Positions 1 to 8,304 of a DNA stretch of 64,000 nt are shown piece by piece. Source of the DNA: Terrimicrobiaceae bacterium (GTDB lineage: Bacteria > Verrucomicrobiota > Verrucomicrobiia > Chthoniobacterales > Terrimicrobiaceae). Every line of letters starts with the position of its first letter. The first letter of the stretch is position 1. Under the pieces are notes generated by a model. It worked only from the letters and a program-made list of their open reading frames with translations. It was not told the DNA's origin and did not search any database. The position numbers were made by a program, and so were the translations under genes. The stretch covers positions 32,001 to 96,000 of the forward strand of contig JBIIPZ010000002.1 of assembly GCA_044342325.1 (NCBI GenBank). Reading direction: 5' to 3'.

Positions 1-492
1 TCCTTTCTCTCCGGCGGAGCGAACCATATGGCGGCCCTTATGGCGGCTGACCGCCTCTCGCGTGAACTGGAATGCCCGCTGGCGGTGGTCAACACCGAGG
101 GACGCCGGGGCGGGATGATTTTAAAAAGCCTGCGAAAAAACAACCCGCTCTTCTTCATTGTCGAGGCGCCGGTGCCATACGCCGATCTGTTGCGTGTCAT
201 GTCGCTCCATCGAATCGTATGGCAGTTGGATGGTGACGAAGGCCCTGGCGCGAGCGCATCCGCCGCATTGCTCTGCCGCATCCCCTGCGTGGGGGGGGAT
301 GGCGCCGTCGAGCGCATCGCCTTTCCCGGCATAAGTTCGCCTGCCTCGCGGGAGGATTTGTTGGAGTCCGCGCGACTCCTGCTCACAAATGACAAGGCTT
401 GGCAGGAGGAGGTCGAGGCCTCCCAGCACCGGGCGGCCGAATTCCTTTCGTTTCGCAAAACCGCCCTGCGTCTCGAGTCCTCGCGTTCATGA
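1..492 (+). CDS. 5'-truncated protein, possibly the C-terminal part of a GT-B-like glycosyltransferase
   Basis: Frame is open from base 1. The C-terminal segment 'ALLCRIPCVGGDGAVERIAFP...LESARLLL' loosely resembles GT-B C-termini. The stop overlaps the ATG of a GT2 gene (ATGA, 489-492). Confidence 0.45.
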   Translation, partial: SFLSGGANHMAALMAADRLSRELECPLAVVNTEGRRGGMILKSLRKNNPLFFIVEAPVPYADLLRVMSLHRIVWQLDGDEGPGASASAALLCRIPCVGGDGAVERIAFPGISSPASREDLLESARLLLTNDKAWQEEVEASQHRAAEFLSFRKTALRLESSRS

Positions 493-1250
493 CCGGCATC
501 TCCGCATTCATCGTTTGCAAAAACGAGGCCGCATCCATCGAGCGTTGCCTCGCGAGCCTCGCGTGGTGCGATGAAATCGTTGTTGTAGACTCGGGGTCCA
601 CCGACGCCACTTTGGAAATCTGCGCGAGGCATAACTGCCGAATCGCTCACCGGGAGTGGACTGGCTATGTGGAGCAAAAATCCCATGCGCTCTCGCTTTG
701 CACACAACCGTGGATTCTCAATCTGGATGCCGATGAGGAGGTCTCGCCCGAGTTGAGAGACGAAATCCGTGCCATGCTTGCAAGCGATGCCGGAGGACAA
801 GCGAAGGAGGAGGGATTCGAGATTCTGCGTGTGGTTTTTTACCTGGGCCGTTGGTGGCGAAAAGGCGGATGGCATCCCGAGCGCCGCTTGCGCCTCGCGC
901 GGCGCGAACGGGTCACTTGGCACGGGGAGGAACCCCATGAGCACGCCCGCGTGCAGGGTGCCGTCGGCCGTATGCGTGGTGAGTTGCGGCATTACACCTA
1001 CCGCGATATCGCTGACCATGTGGCCCGCCTGAATGCACACTCCTCCGCAGCCGCTCGGGCCCTTCACAAAAAGGGCAAGTGCGCGGGTCTTGCGGATCTT
1101 CTTCTCAAACCCAAGGCGCGTTTTTTCAAATTTTACCTGCTTCGCCGTGGCTATCGCGAAGGCCTGCCCGGCCTGCTCGTCGCTTTCATGGAGGCGTTCT
1201 ATGTTTACTTGAAATATTTCAAACTCTGGGAGCTTGGCCGCAAAGGTTAG
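489..1250 (+). CDS. Glycosyltransferase family 2 (WaaE/KdtX-like LPS glucosyltransferase)
   Basis: ISAFIVCKNEA..IERCLASL, VVVDSGSTD, WILNLDADE (DxD), HYTY and YLKYFKLWE motifs. Confidence 0.9.
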   Translation: MTGISAFIVCKNEAASIERCLASLAWCDEIVVVDSGSTDATLEICARHNCRIAHREWTGYVEQKSHALSLCTQPWILNLDADEEVSPELRDEIRAMLASDAGGQAKEEGFEILRVVFYLGRWWRKGGWHPERRLRLARRERVTWHGEEPHEHARVQGAVGRMRGELRHYTYRDIADHVARLNAHSSAAARALHKKGKCAGLADLLLKPKARFFKFYLLRRGYREGLPGLLVAFMEAFYVYLKYFKLWELGRKG

Positions 1251-1347
1251 GCATCTCTGGCTTTTCCGGCAGGCGATCACCCCAATGTGAATCCGCCGAT
1301 TCTCGACGATGGGTTTCCGCGTCTCCCGCTATCTTCCATGGAAGAAT

Positions 1348-1387
1348 AGAACCTCCGGCAGGCAATTCTGCCGGGGGTTCTGTTTGT
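1348..1387 (+). terminator. Probable terminator-like hairpin after the GT operon
   Basis: AGAACCTCCGGCAG-GCAATT-CTGCCGGGGGTTCT forms a 14-bp stem with one G-U pair, followed by a weak T tract (GTTTGT). Confidence 0.45.
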
Positions 1388-1452
1388 AGGGTTCATGGGG
1401 CGTTGCCCCCATTGTTGATGAGGTTGCCCGCTCTTAAAGGTGCGGAAGATTT

Positions 1453-2655
1453 ATGACCAAATCACCGCCAATCCGAAAAAGCAGCGCCAGAGAAATTCTG
1501 AGGGACATGCCACTGCCTCCAACCGAGGAGCCAGAGGTATCCTACAACAGGCTTTTTGAGACATCGCAGGACGGGATTTTTGTCTTGGATTTCCACACGC
1601 GCCGGATTGTGGATGTGAACCCAGCCATGTGCCTTCTCACTGGCATTTCGAGGTCGCGCCTCATCGCGGCGAATCCTGAGAACATCGCTCCCCTGCAAGC
1701 ACTGTTCCGGAGTGAAGGATCATTTTTCGACGAGCTTCGAGCGGACCCTGTCCTTCGCAGGGAGAACCTGAGTGTGGAGAACCGGGATGGTGTGCACATT
1801 CAAGTCGAAGCCGTTTGCAATCTCTTCCACTCAGGCGGACGCGAGTTCATTCAATGCAACCTGCGCGATGTCACCCAGCACCGTCTGGCGCAGGATCAGG
1901 TGCGGCGTATGAACGAAATGCTCGAGCAGCGCGTGGCAGCGCGCACCTGCGAACTCGAGAGCGCAAACCGCGAGTTGGAGGCGTTCACCTACTCGGTTTC
2001 TCATGATCTCCGGGCCCCGCTGCGCCACATCATGGGCTTTGTCGAGATCCTTGAAAAAGAAGCCGCCGACACACTCACGGATGCCCAGCGGCGGCATCTC
2101 TTCACGATCGGCGGAGCCGCGCGGCGCATGGCGGAGTTGATCGAGGACCTGCTCGCATTCTCCCGCATCGGCCGCTCCGAGGTGCAGAAGGTGACTGTGG
2201 ACATGCTCACGCTCGTGATGGAGGCGTTGGATGACCTGCGCCATGAAACGAAGGATCGAATCATTAGCTGGAAAATCCAAGACCTGCCCATGGTGACGGT
2301 GGACCGCTCGCTCATGCGCCAGGCGCTGGTGAACCTGCTTTCGAACGCCATCAAGTTCACTTCGAAACGCAACCGGGCAGTCATTGAAATCGGCACGGAG
2401 CCGGGCCGTAAGGATGAGGATACGATCTACATTCGCGACAACGGTGTGGGTTTTAATCCCCGCTACGCGCAGAAAATTTTCGGCGTCTTTGAGAGACTGC
2501 CCAATGCTGACGAGTTCGAGGGGACCGGCATCGGTCTGGCCAATGTGCAACGCATCATCCGCCGTCATGGCGGCCGCGTGTGGGCGCTTGGCAAGGTGGA
2601 TGCAGGAGCCACATTTTATTTCACCCTCCCCCGCAGAGTTGAAAATGACGCCTGA
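1453..2655 (+). CDS. PAS-domain sensor histidine kinase (phytochrome-type HisKA/HATPase)
   Basis: PAS 'LFETSQDGIFVLD...VNPA'; H-box 'ELEAFTYSVSHDLRAPLRHI'; N-box 'NLLSNAIKF'; G-boxes DNGVG and GTGIGLA. Confidence 0.93.
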   Translation: MTKSPPIRKSSAREILRDMPLPPTEEPEVSYNRLFETSQDGIFVLDFHTRRIVDVNPAMCLLTGISRSRLIAANPENIAPLQALFRSEGSFFDELRADPVLRRENLSVENRDGVHIQVEAVCNLFHSGGREFIQCNLRDVTQHRLAQDQVRRMNEMLEQRVAARTCELESANRELEAFTYSVSHDLRAPLRHIMGFVEILEKEAADTLTDAQRRHLFTIGGAARRMAELIEDLLAFSRIGRSEVQKVTVDMLTLVMEALDDLRHETKDRIISWKIQDLPMVTVDRSLMRQALVNLLSNAIKFTSKRNRAVIEIGTEPGRKDEDTIYIRDNGVGFNPRYAQKIFGVFERLPNADEFEGTGIGLANVQRIIRRHGGRVWALGKVDAGATFYFTLPRRVENDA

Positions 2656-3103
2656 TACGGCTCAAATACTGCTTGCGGAGGATGATCCCGCCGATGTCGA
2701 ATTGGCGCTCTCGGCCATGCAGGCCGGTGATCCGAGGCGCTGCATCGAGGTCGTGAACACGGGCGAGGATGCGTTGGATTACCTGCACCGCCGCCGGGCA
2801 TGGAGGGGGCGAGGCGCCTCGCAGCCCGCGTTGGTGTTGCTGGATCTCAAGATGCCCGGAATCGGTGGCATCGAGGTTCTGCGCGCTATTAAAACCGATG
2901 CCCGCACGCGGTGCATTCCTGTGGTGGTTTTCACCTCCTCGGGCGAGCGGCGGGATATTTCTCTTTGCTATGAGCACGGCGCGAACGCCTACGTGGTGAA
3001 GCCAGTGGACTTTGCCTGCTTTGTCGAAACCCTTCAGGCCATCGGCCACTTCTGGACCGGCCTGAACACCCCCCCGGCGCGTTCGCTTCGCCCTCAGAGA
3101 TGA
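2645..3103 (+). CDS. Single-domain response regulator (Rcp1-like)
   Basis: ILLAEDD, LVLLDLKMPG, IPVVVFTSS, GANAYVVKPV and FW motifs; ATG at 2645 overlaps the kinase end. Confidence 0.92.
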   Translation: MTPDTAQILLAEDDPADVELALSAMQAGDPRRCIEVVNTGEDALDYLHRRRAWRGRGASQPALVLLDLKMPGIGGIEVLRAIKTDARTRCIPVVVFTSSGERRDISLCYEHGANAYVVKPVDFACFVETLQAIGHFWTGLNTPPARSLRPQR

Positions 3104-4614
3104 AGTGCCGGATTCTTCACCTGGAGGACGACCCGCTCGATGCCGAGTTGATCTTGCGCAGGCTGGAAACAGATGGCTTGGATTGCCAAATCGACCGGGT
3201 GGATACGGAGGCGGCTTTTTTGCAGGCGCTCGAACGCGGGGGCGTCGATCTCGTTTTGGCCGATTTCTCGCTGCCCGGCGCCGACGGAATGGAGGCGCTG
3301 CGGCTCGCTCGGCAAGTGAAGCCCGATCTGCCATTTCTCATTGTTTCGGGAGTCATCGGAGAAGAGGCGGCGGTGGATTCTCTTCACAACGGCGCGACCG
3401 ACTACATCTTGAAAGACCGTCTCTCCCGCTTGACGCCCGCCGTGCGAAGGGCATTGGACGAGGCCGCGCTCCGGCGCGATAGCAAATCTCTCGGCGACCA
3501 ACTCACCCGTTCCCAGAAACTCGAAATCTTCGGAGAACTCGCGGGCGGTGTAGCTCACGACTACAACAACATTCTTACAATCATCATGGCCAACAGCGGG
3601 CTGCTCATGGCCGGACTCGCCGAGGGAACGCGCTTGCACAAGCACGCTTCGCAAATCGAATACGCCTGTGGCCAGGCCGCCTCGCTCACCCGGCAGCTCT
3701 TGGTTTTCAGTCGCGACCGGGGGCGCGATGCCGCTGTGCTGAATCTAAACGGCATTGTCCAAAATGCCGAGTCCATGCTGGCGCGCCTCCTTCCCGAAAA
3801 TGTCGAACTCGCAGTCTCCCCCGGTGCCGACCCGCTGCACATCACAGCAGATCGCGGCGATCTCGAGCAGGTTCTCATCAATCTTGTCCTCAACGCGCGC
3901 GACGCCATTCGCTCGCATGGCACGATCCGAATCGAAACAGGGAGGATTCAAAAAGACAGGCAGGAGCTTGTTTTTTTAAAGGTGCGGGACAACGGTGCTG
4001 GAATGACCAGCGAGGTGAAGGCGAGAGTGTTCGAGCCTTTTTTTACGACCAAGCCGGAGGGGAGTGGCACGGGACTCGGACTCGCGACCTGTCGGCGATT
4101 GATACAATCCATGGACGGACAGATCACCGTAAAAAGCCATCCCGGCCGGGGAACGGAATTCTGCATTCTATGGCCTGCGGCGGAGGGTGGTGGGGGTTCT
4201 CAAAGCCAGATTCCTGTGCGTGCTGAAATGCCGCGTGGCTGTGAAAAAATCCTCTTGGCTGAAGACAATCACATGCTTCGAGACATGATGGCCGGCCAGC
4301 TTGAGGAGCTTGGCTACGAGGTTCTGCAAGCCTCCAATGGCATCGAGGGCCTCGATGTCTTCGCTCAGAGCAAGGACAACCCTCCCGTGCTCGTCATTGC
4401 GGATGTCGCGCTCCCTCTGCTCAGCGGGCGGGAGATGGGTCGGTTGCTCCAGCGGTCATCGCCAGATTTGCGTGTTCTCCACACCTCGGGACACTCCGAC
4501 CACACCATAGCTGCGCTGGGATTTCAGCTTCCGGCGGGGGATGTGCTCAGGAAGCCTTTCACGCTGGCCGAGCTGACGCTGAGGATCCGTGAAATCCTCT
4601 CCGCAACGAAATAA
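3100..4614 (+). CDS. Hybrid histidine kinase (REC-HisKA-HATPase-REC, CckA-like)
   Basis: N-terminal REC (ILHLEDD, DFSLPG); 'GELAGGVAHDYNNIL'; NARDA; FEPFFTTK..GTGLGL; C-terminal REC. Confidence 0.92.
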   Translation: MKCRILHLEDDPLDAELILRRLETDGLDCQIDRVDTEAAFLQALERGGVDLVLADFSLPGADGMEALRLARQVKPDLPFLIVSGVIGEEAAVDSLHNGATDYILKDRLSRLTPAVRRALDEAALRRDSKSLGDQLTRSQKLEIFGELAGGVAHDYNNILTIIMANSGLLMAGLAEGTRLHKHASQIEYACGQAASLTRQLLVFSRDRGRDAAVLNLNGIVQNAESMLARLLPENVELAVSPGADPLHITADRGDLEQVLINLVLNARDAIRSHGTIRIETGRIQKDRQELVFLKVRDNGAGMTSEVKARVFEPFFTTKPEGSGTGLGLATCRRLIQSMDGQITVKSHPGRGTEFCILWPAAEGGGGSQSQIPVRAEMPRGCEKILLAEDNHMLRDMMAGQLEELGYEVLQASNGIEGLDVFAQSKDNPPVLVIADVALPLLSGREMGRLLQRSSPDLRVLHTSGHSDHTIAALGFQLPAGDVLRKPFTLAELTLRIREILSATK

Positions 4615-4638
4615 GTCGTTTCTGTCGCGCGGCCTTTG

Positions 4639-4667
4639 TTGACAGCGCCCGCCGTCCTCCCCATATT
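4639..4667 (+). promoter_or_regulatory. Putative sigma70 promoter of typA
   Basis: TTGACA (4639-4644), N17, CATATT (4662-4667). Confidence 0.55.
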
Positions 4668-4701
4668 CCGTGCCCGCTCACAGCTGGGCGCACTACTATT
4701 T

Positions 4702-6522
4702 ATGGAAAATATTCGCAACATCGCCATCATCGCACACGTCGATCACGGCAAAACGACACTCGTTGACCAGCTTCTCAAGCAGGCAGGAACCTTCCGCGCC
4801 AACCAAAAAACCGACGAGCGCATGATGGACTCGATGGATCTGGAGCGGGAAAAAGGCATCACCATTCGTGCCAAGAACGCTGCATTCCGTTGGAAGGATT
4901 ACCATGTGAACATCGTGGACACTCCTGGCCACGCCGACTTCGGCGGAGAGGTCGAGCGCATCATGAAAATGGTGGACGGTGTGCTCCTCGTGGTGGATTC
5001 GCACGACGGCCCGCAGGCGCAAACGAAATTCGTGCTGCGGAAGGCGATGGAAAATGGTCTCAAGCCGATTGTGGTCATCAACAAAATCGACCGCGAGAAT
5101 GCCCGCCCGCACAAGGTTCTCGACATGGTGTTCGAGCTTTTTATGGAACTCGGCGCAAGCGACGAGCAGCTCGACTTCCCTCATATCTACGCCAGCGCCA
5201 AGCAGGGCTTCGCCAAAAACGAAGTCACGGATTCCAGCGACAACATGGAGCCTCTCTACGAGGCGATCGTGAAACACATTCCGCCGCCACCAAAGCCTGA
5301 TGTGGACTTTTTCCGCATGCTCGTGTCGAACCTCGACTACAGCGACTACCTCGGCCGTATCGCCTACGGACGCATCATCAGCGGCAAGGTTGAGATGGGT
5401 CAAACAATCGTCTGCATTCACAAGGGTGGTCAGAAGGAAAAAGCCAAGATCACGGCGATTTTCTCCCACGAGGGCTTGGAAAAAGTGCAGGTCCAAGAGG
5501 CTTCATCCGGCGACATCGTGGGTATCAGCGGATTCGAGGAGATTTTTATCGGTGAGACGCTGGTGGACACCGAGGAACGCGAGGCCCTGCCATTTGTCGA
5601 GATCGATCCGCCTACGATCTCCATGAAAATCTGCGTGAACGACTCGCCGCTGGCTGGTCGTGAGGGAAAGCTTCTCACCGCGCGTCAGATTCGCGACCGC
5701 CTCATTCGCGAGACACGTGGCAACGTCTCCATCATGGTCGCCGACACCGATGTCGCAGGTCACTTTGATGTAAAGGCCCGTGGCGAAATGCAAATCGCCG
5801 TGCTCGTGGAGCAGATGCGCCGCGAGGGCTTCGAGCTTCTCGTTTCCCGCCCCGAGGTCATCTTCAAGCGTGCCGAGGACGGTTCCGTGCTCGAGCCTAT
5901 GGAGACCCTCTATGTCGATGTCCCGCCGGAGAACCTTGGCGACATCTTGCAAAACCTCGCCGGCCGCAAAGCCGAGATCGTGAATATGGAGCACAACCCG
6001 CACAGCGTCCTGGTTCAAGCCATCACGCCAACGCGTGGCATCATCGGCTTTGAAACCGATCTCGTGAACCTCACCAAGGGCCACGGCATCGCCAGCCACC
6101 TCTTCAAGGAATACGGACCGCACAAAGGCGAGATTCCAAGCCGCAATAACGGCGTGCTCGTTTCGATGGAAGGCGGCACCAGCATGGCCTACGCGCTGGA
6201 CAGCATCCAGGAGCGTGGTCGCCTCTTCATCGGGCCACAGGAGGAAATCTACGAGGGAATGATCATCGGCGAAAACGCCCGTCCCGACGACATGCCCGTA
6301 AATCCCTGCAAGGCGAAAAAATTGACCAACATGCGAAGCCAAGGTGACGGCAAGGGTATATCGCTCGCGCCTCCGATCGTGATGAGCCTCGAGCGCTCGC
6401 TCGAATACATCGCCCCCGACGAGTATGTGGAGGTCACTCCCAAATCGCTCCGTCTCCGCAAAAAAATCCTCGACGCCAACGCGCGCAAACGTGCGGAAAA
6501 ATCGGCCGGGGTTTTTGCCTGA
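4702..6522 (+). CDS. typA: Translational GTPase TypA/BipA
   Basis: IRNIAIIAHVDHGKTTLVD, DTPGHADFGGEVER, NKID and the C-terminal YVEVTPKSLRLRK. Confidence 0.98.
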   Translation: MENIRNIAIIAHVDHGKTTLVDQLLKQAGTFRANQKTDERMMDSMDLEREKGITIRAKNAAFRWKDYHVNIVDTPGHADFGGEVERIMKMVDGVLLVVDSHDGPQAQTKFVLRKAMENGLKPIVVINKIDRENARPHKVLDMVFELFMELGASDEQLDFPHIYASAKQGFAKNEVTDSSDNMEPLYEAIVKHIPPPPKPDVDFFRMLVSNLDYSDYLGRIAYGRIISGKVEMGQTIVCIHKGGQKEKAKITAIFSHEGLEKVQVQEASSGDIVGISGFEEIFIGETLVDTEEREALPFVEIDPPTISMKICVNDSPLAGREGKLLTARQIRDRLIRETRGNVSIMVADTDVAGHFDVKARGEMQIAVLVEQMRREGFELLVSRPEVIFKRAEDGSVLEPMETLYVDVPPENLGDILQNLAGRKAEIVNMEHNPHSVLVQAITPTRGIIGFETDLVNLTKGHGIASHLFKEYGPHKGEIPSRNNGVLVSMEGGTSMAYALDSIQERGRLFIGPQEEIYEGMIIGENARPDDMPVNPCKAKKLTNMRSQGDGKGISLAPPIVMSLERSLEYIAPDEYVEVTPKSLRLRKKILDANARKRAEKSAGVFA

Positions 6523-6538
6523 CGCATCGCTTCCTTTG

Positions 6539-6571
6539 AAAAGCCCGGAGCCGCAAGCTCCGGGCTTTTTT
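6539..6571 (+). terminator. Intrinsic terminator of typA (possibly bidirectional)
   Basis: AAGCCCGGAGC-CGCAA-GCTCCGGGCTT is a perfect 11-bp stem followed by a T run and preceded by an A run. Confidence 0.88.
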
Positions 6572-6625
6572 GCGTTTTTCGACCCGCATCATGGGCGCTC
6601 CGAACAGATTTCCAAGGGCCACGGG

Positions 6626-7312
6626 TTGACTCGGGGCAGCTCATGGATTATTTCGAGGCGCAATGGAGGAGCCACCATTACAGCCTCACAAAAAATCGCC
6701 CGTCTCGTGGGAGCAAGCAGTCGCGCAATTCAAGCGGCACAACCCAGCACATCCGCCTGGGATGCCGAAGTGCAAGCCATCCGCGACGAGAAAAGCATAC
6801 CTTGGAGAAATCTTGGGAAGTTTGGACCTCCAGACACGATAGCTTCCGAACATCTCGTCTGGTTCCAAGACGGCATGGTTTTCAAAGCCACGGCCTACGA
6901 TCGGTTTGGACACTCCATTGACAAGGGGCTCGGCAAAGCCACTCCGCTGGAATACCTCAGGCGAATTGCTGCGAGCAACGAAGCGTTCAATGATTCCGCA
7001 ACGATCGTCGGAAAATTCGAAAACGAAAATGGGAGCTTGGGATTTATCCACGCGCAGGACTTCATCGCAGAGAATGCGGCGGGCGCATTTCACGCAACAC
7101 CGGAGCAACTCATCAAATTTTTGGAGTCGCACGGGTTCTTGCCATCAGAAGGCCACTTTTCAAAATACGAGGTCTGGGCAAATGCCGATCTGGGGATCGA
7201 GCTAGCCGAATTCCACTCAGGGAATGTAATTTTAAACAGCGAGGGGATGGTTGTTCCAATCGACATCGTTGTCCACAAATTCGATCCCACAAAAGGCGTC
7301 GACTTTTTTTGA
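6626..7312 (+). CDS. Polyvalent-protein-type kinase-like protein (Kinase-PolyVal-like); start codon uncertain
   Basis: EHLVW..GMVFKAT, ATPLEYLRRI..SNEAF.D, ATPEQL..FLESHGF and LGIELAEFHSGNVI...G.VVPID resemble this family as I recall it. There is no early in-frame ATG; candidate starts are TTG 6626 and ATT 6677. Confidence 0.6.
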   Translation: MTRGSSWIISRRNGGATITASQKIARLVGASSRAIQAAQPSTSAWDAEVQAIRDEKSIPWRNLGKFGPPDTIASEHLVWFQDGMVFKATAYDRFGHSIDKGLGKATPLEYLRRIAASNEAFNDSATIVGKFENENGSLGFIHAQDFIAENAAGAFHATPEQLIKFLESHGFLPSEGHFSKYEVWANADLGIELAEFHSGNVILNSEGMVVPIDIVVHKFDPTKGVDFF

Positions 7313-7338
7313 ATCAGCGGCCCACATAATCACCTGCC

Positions 7339-8118
7339 ATGAACCTCGTTTATCTCGACGAATCAGGAAACACCGGAACGAACCTCTCCGACCCGCAGCA
7401 GCCTGTCTTCGTCCTCGCTGCGCTCATCGTTCCCGAATCTGTCTGGCTGGATCTCGAGAAGCGACTGGTCGAGGCCATTGAGAACTTCTTCCCCGAGCGC
7501 CCGCCCGATTTTGAGGTCCATGCAAACCAACTCCTCAACCCGCGTGGATTTTTCCGCGCATTTCCCATGGCCCACCGCCTGGAATTCTACCGAACTTGGC
7601 TTTCCATCGCTGCCTCGCTCCGGCTACGCCTCGTGAGCCGAGCCATCGTTAAAAAACGCTACGCCCAATGGCTCCTTGAGACTTACGGTCCTGGCGTCGC
7701 CATCAACCCACACAATGTCGCCTTCGTCCTCACCGCGCAGGTCGTAAACGAATTTCTTCGCGCTACGCCCGGCTCTCCGCTCGGAATACTGATTTCCGAC
7801 GAGAACCACGAGGTCATGCCCGACATTGAAAAATCCATCCGTCTCCTGCGCGGCGAAGCCGGCTGCCTCCGGCTGAGCCAGATCGTAGAAAAGGGTTTTT
7901 TCATCGAGTCGCGAAAAAGCCACATCTTGCAACTCTGTGACCTCTGCGCCTACGCCATCCGAAGGAGCGAGGAACAAAAAACAGGTCACGCCGTGAAAAC
8001 TGCCGAGTTATCGATCATCCCTTGGGTTGAACCCCTTCGCCACACTGCCGAGGAGCCCATGCTTGATGTCCTCGCCTGGCTGGACACTCAACAAAAAAAG
8101 GAGCGGCCAGGGAGATGA
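7339..8118 (+). CDS. DUF3800 family protein (predicted RNase H-like fold)
   Basis: N-terminal 'VYLDESGNTG', central 'ISDE' and C-terminal 'S..SHILQLCDLCAY' are the signature pattern of DUF3800. Confidence 0.88.
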   Translation: MNLVYLDESGNTGTNLSDPQQPVFVLAALIVPESVWLDLEKRLVEAIENFFPERPPDFEVHANQLLNPRGFFRAFPMAHRLEFYRTWLSIAASLRLRLVSRAIVKKRYAQWLLETYGPGVAINPHNVAFVLTAQVVNEFLRATPGSPLGILISDENHEVMPDIEKSIRLLRGEAGCLRLSQIVEKGFFIESRKSHILQLCDLCAYAIRRSEEQKTGHAVKTAELSIIPWVEPLRHTAEEPMLDVLAWLDTQQKKERPGR

Positions 8119-8159
8119 ATCTCGGCAACGGAAAAGGTCCGAAGCACACTGGTCGCTCT
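8100..8159 (+). ncRNA. Candidate DUF3800-associated structured RNA overlapping the gene's 3' end
   Basis: P1: GAGCGGCCAG (8101-8110) with CTGGTCGCTC (8149-8158). P2: GAGA-TGAA-TCTC (8112-8123). P3: CGGA-AAAGG-TCCG (8129-8141). Conserved RNA motifs next to DUF3800 genes are known. Confidence 0.55.
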
Positions 8160-8304
8160 CAATCAAATTATCACTACAGACCGATGGCACAACAGAATAT
8201 TTATTAAGAGAACACAAGTCGCTCCCAGTGCCCCTGGCCGGATTCGCGGAAAGGATTGACGCGCCCGCCGCGCTCACCCAGTATCCTCGCTCTTTTCACA
8301 TTTC

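Noticed and set aside
6643..6921. 92-aa ATG ORF overlapping the kinase-like gene
   Set aside because: Arg/Ser-rich off-frame composition with no motifs. It could only matter as a frameshifted start, which I cannot support.
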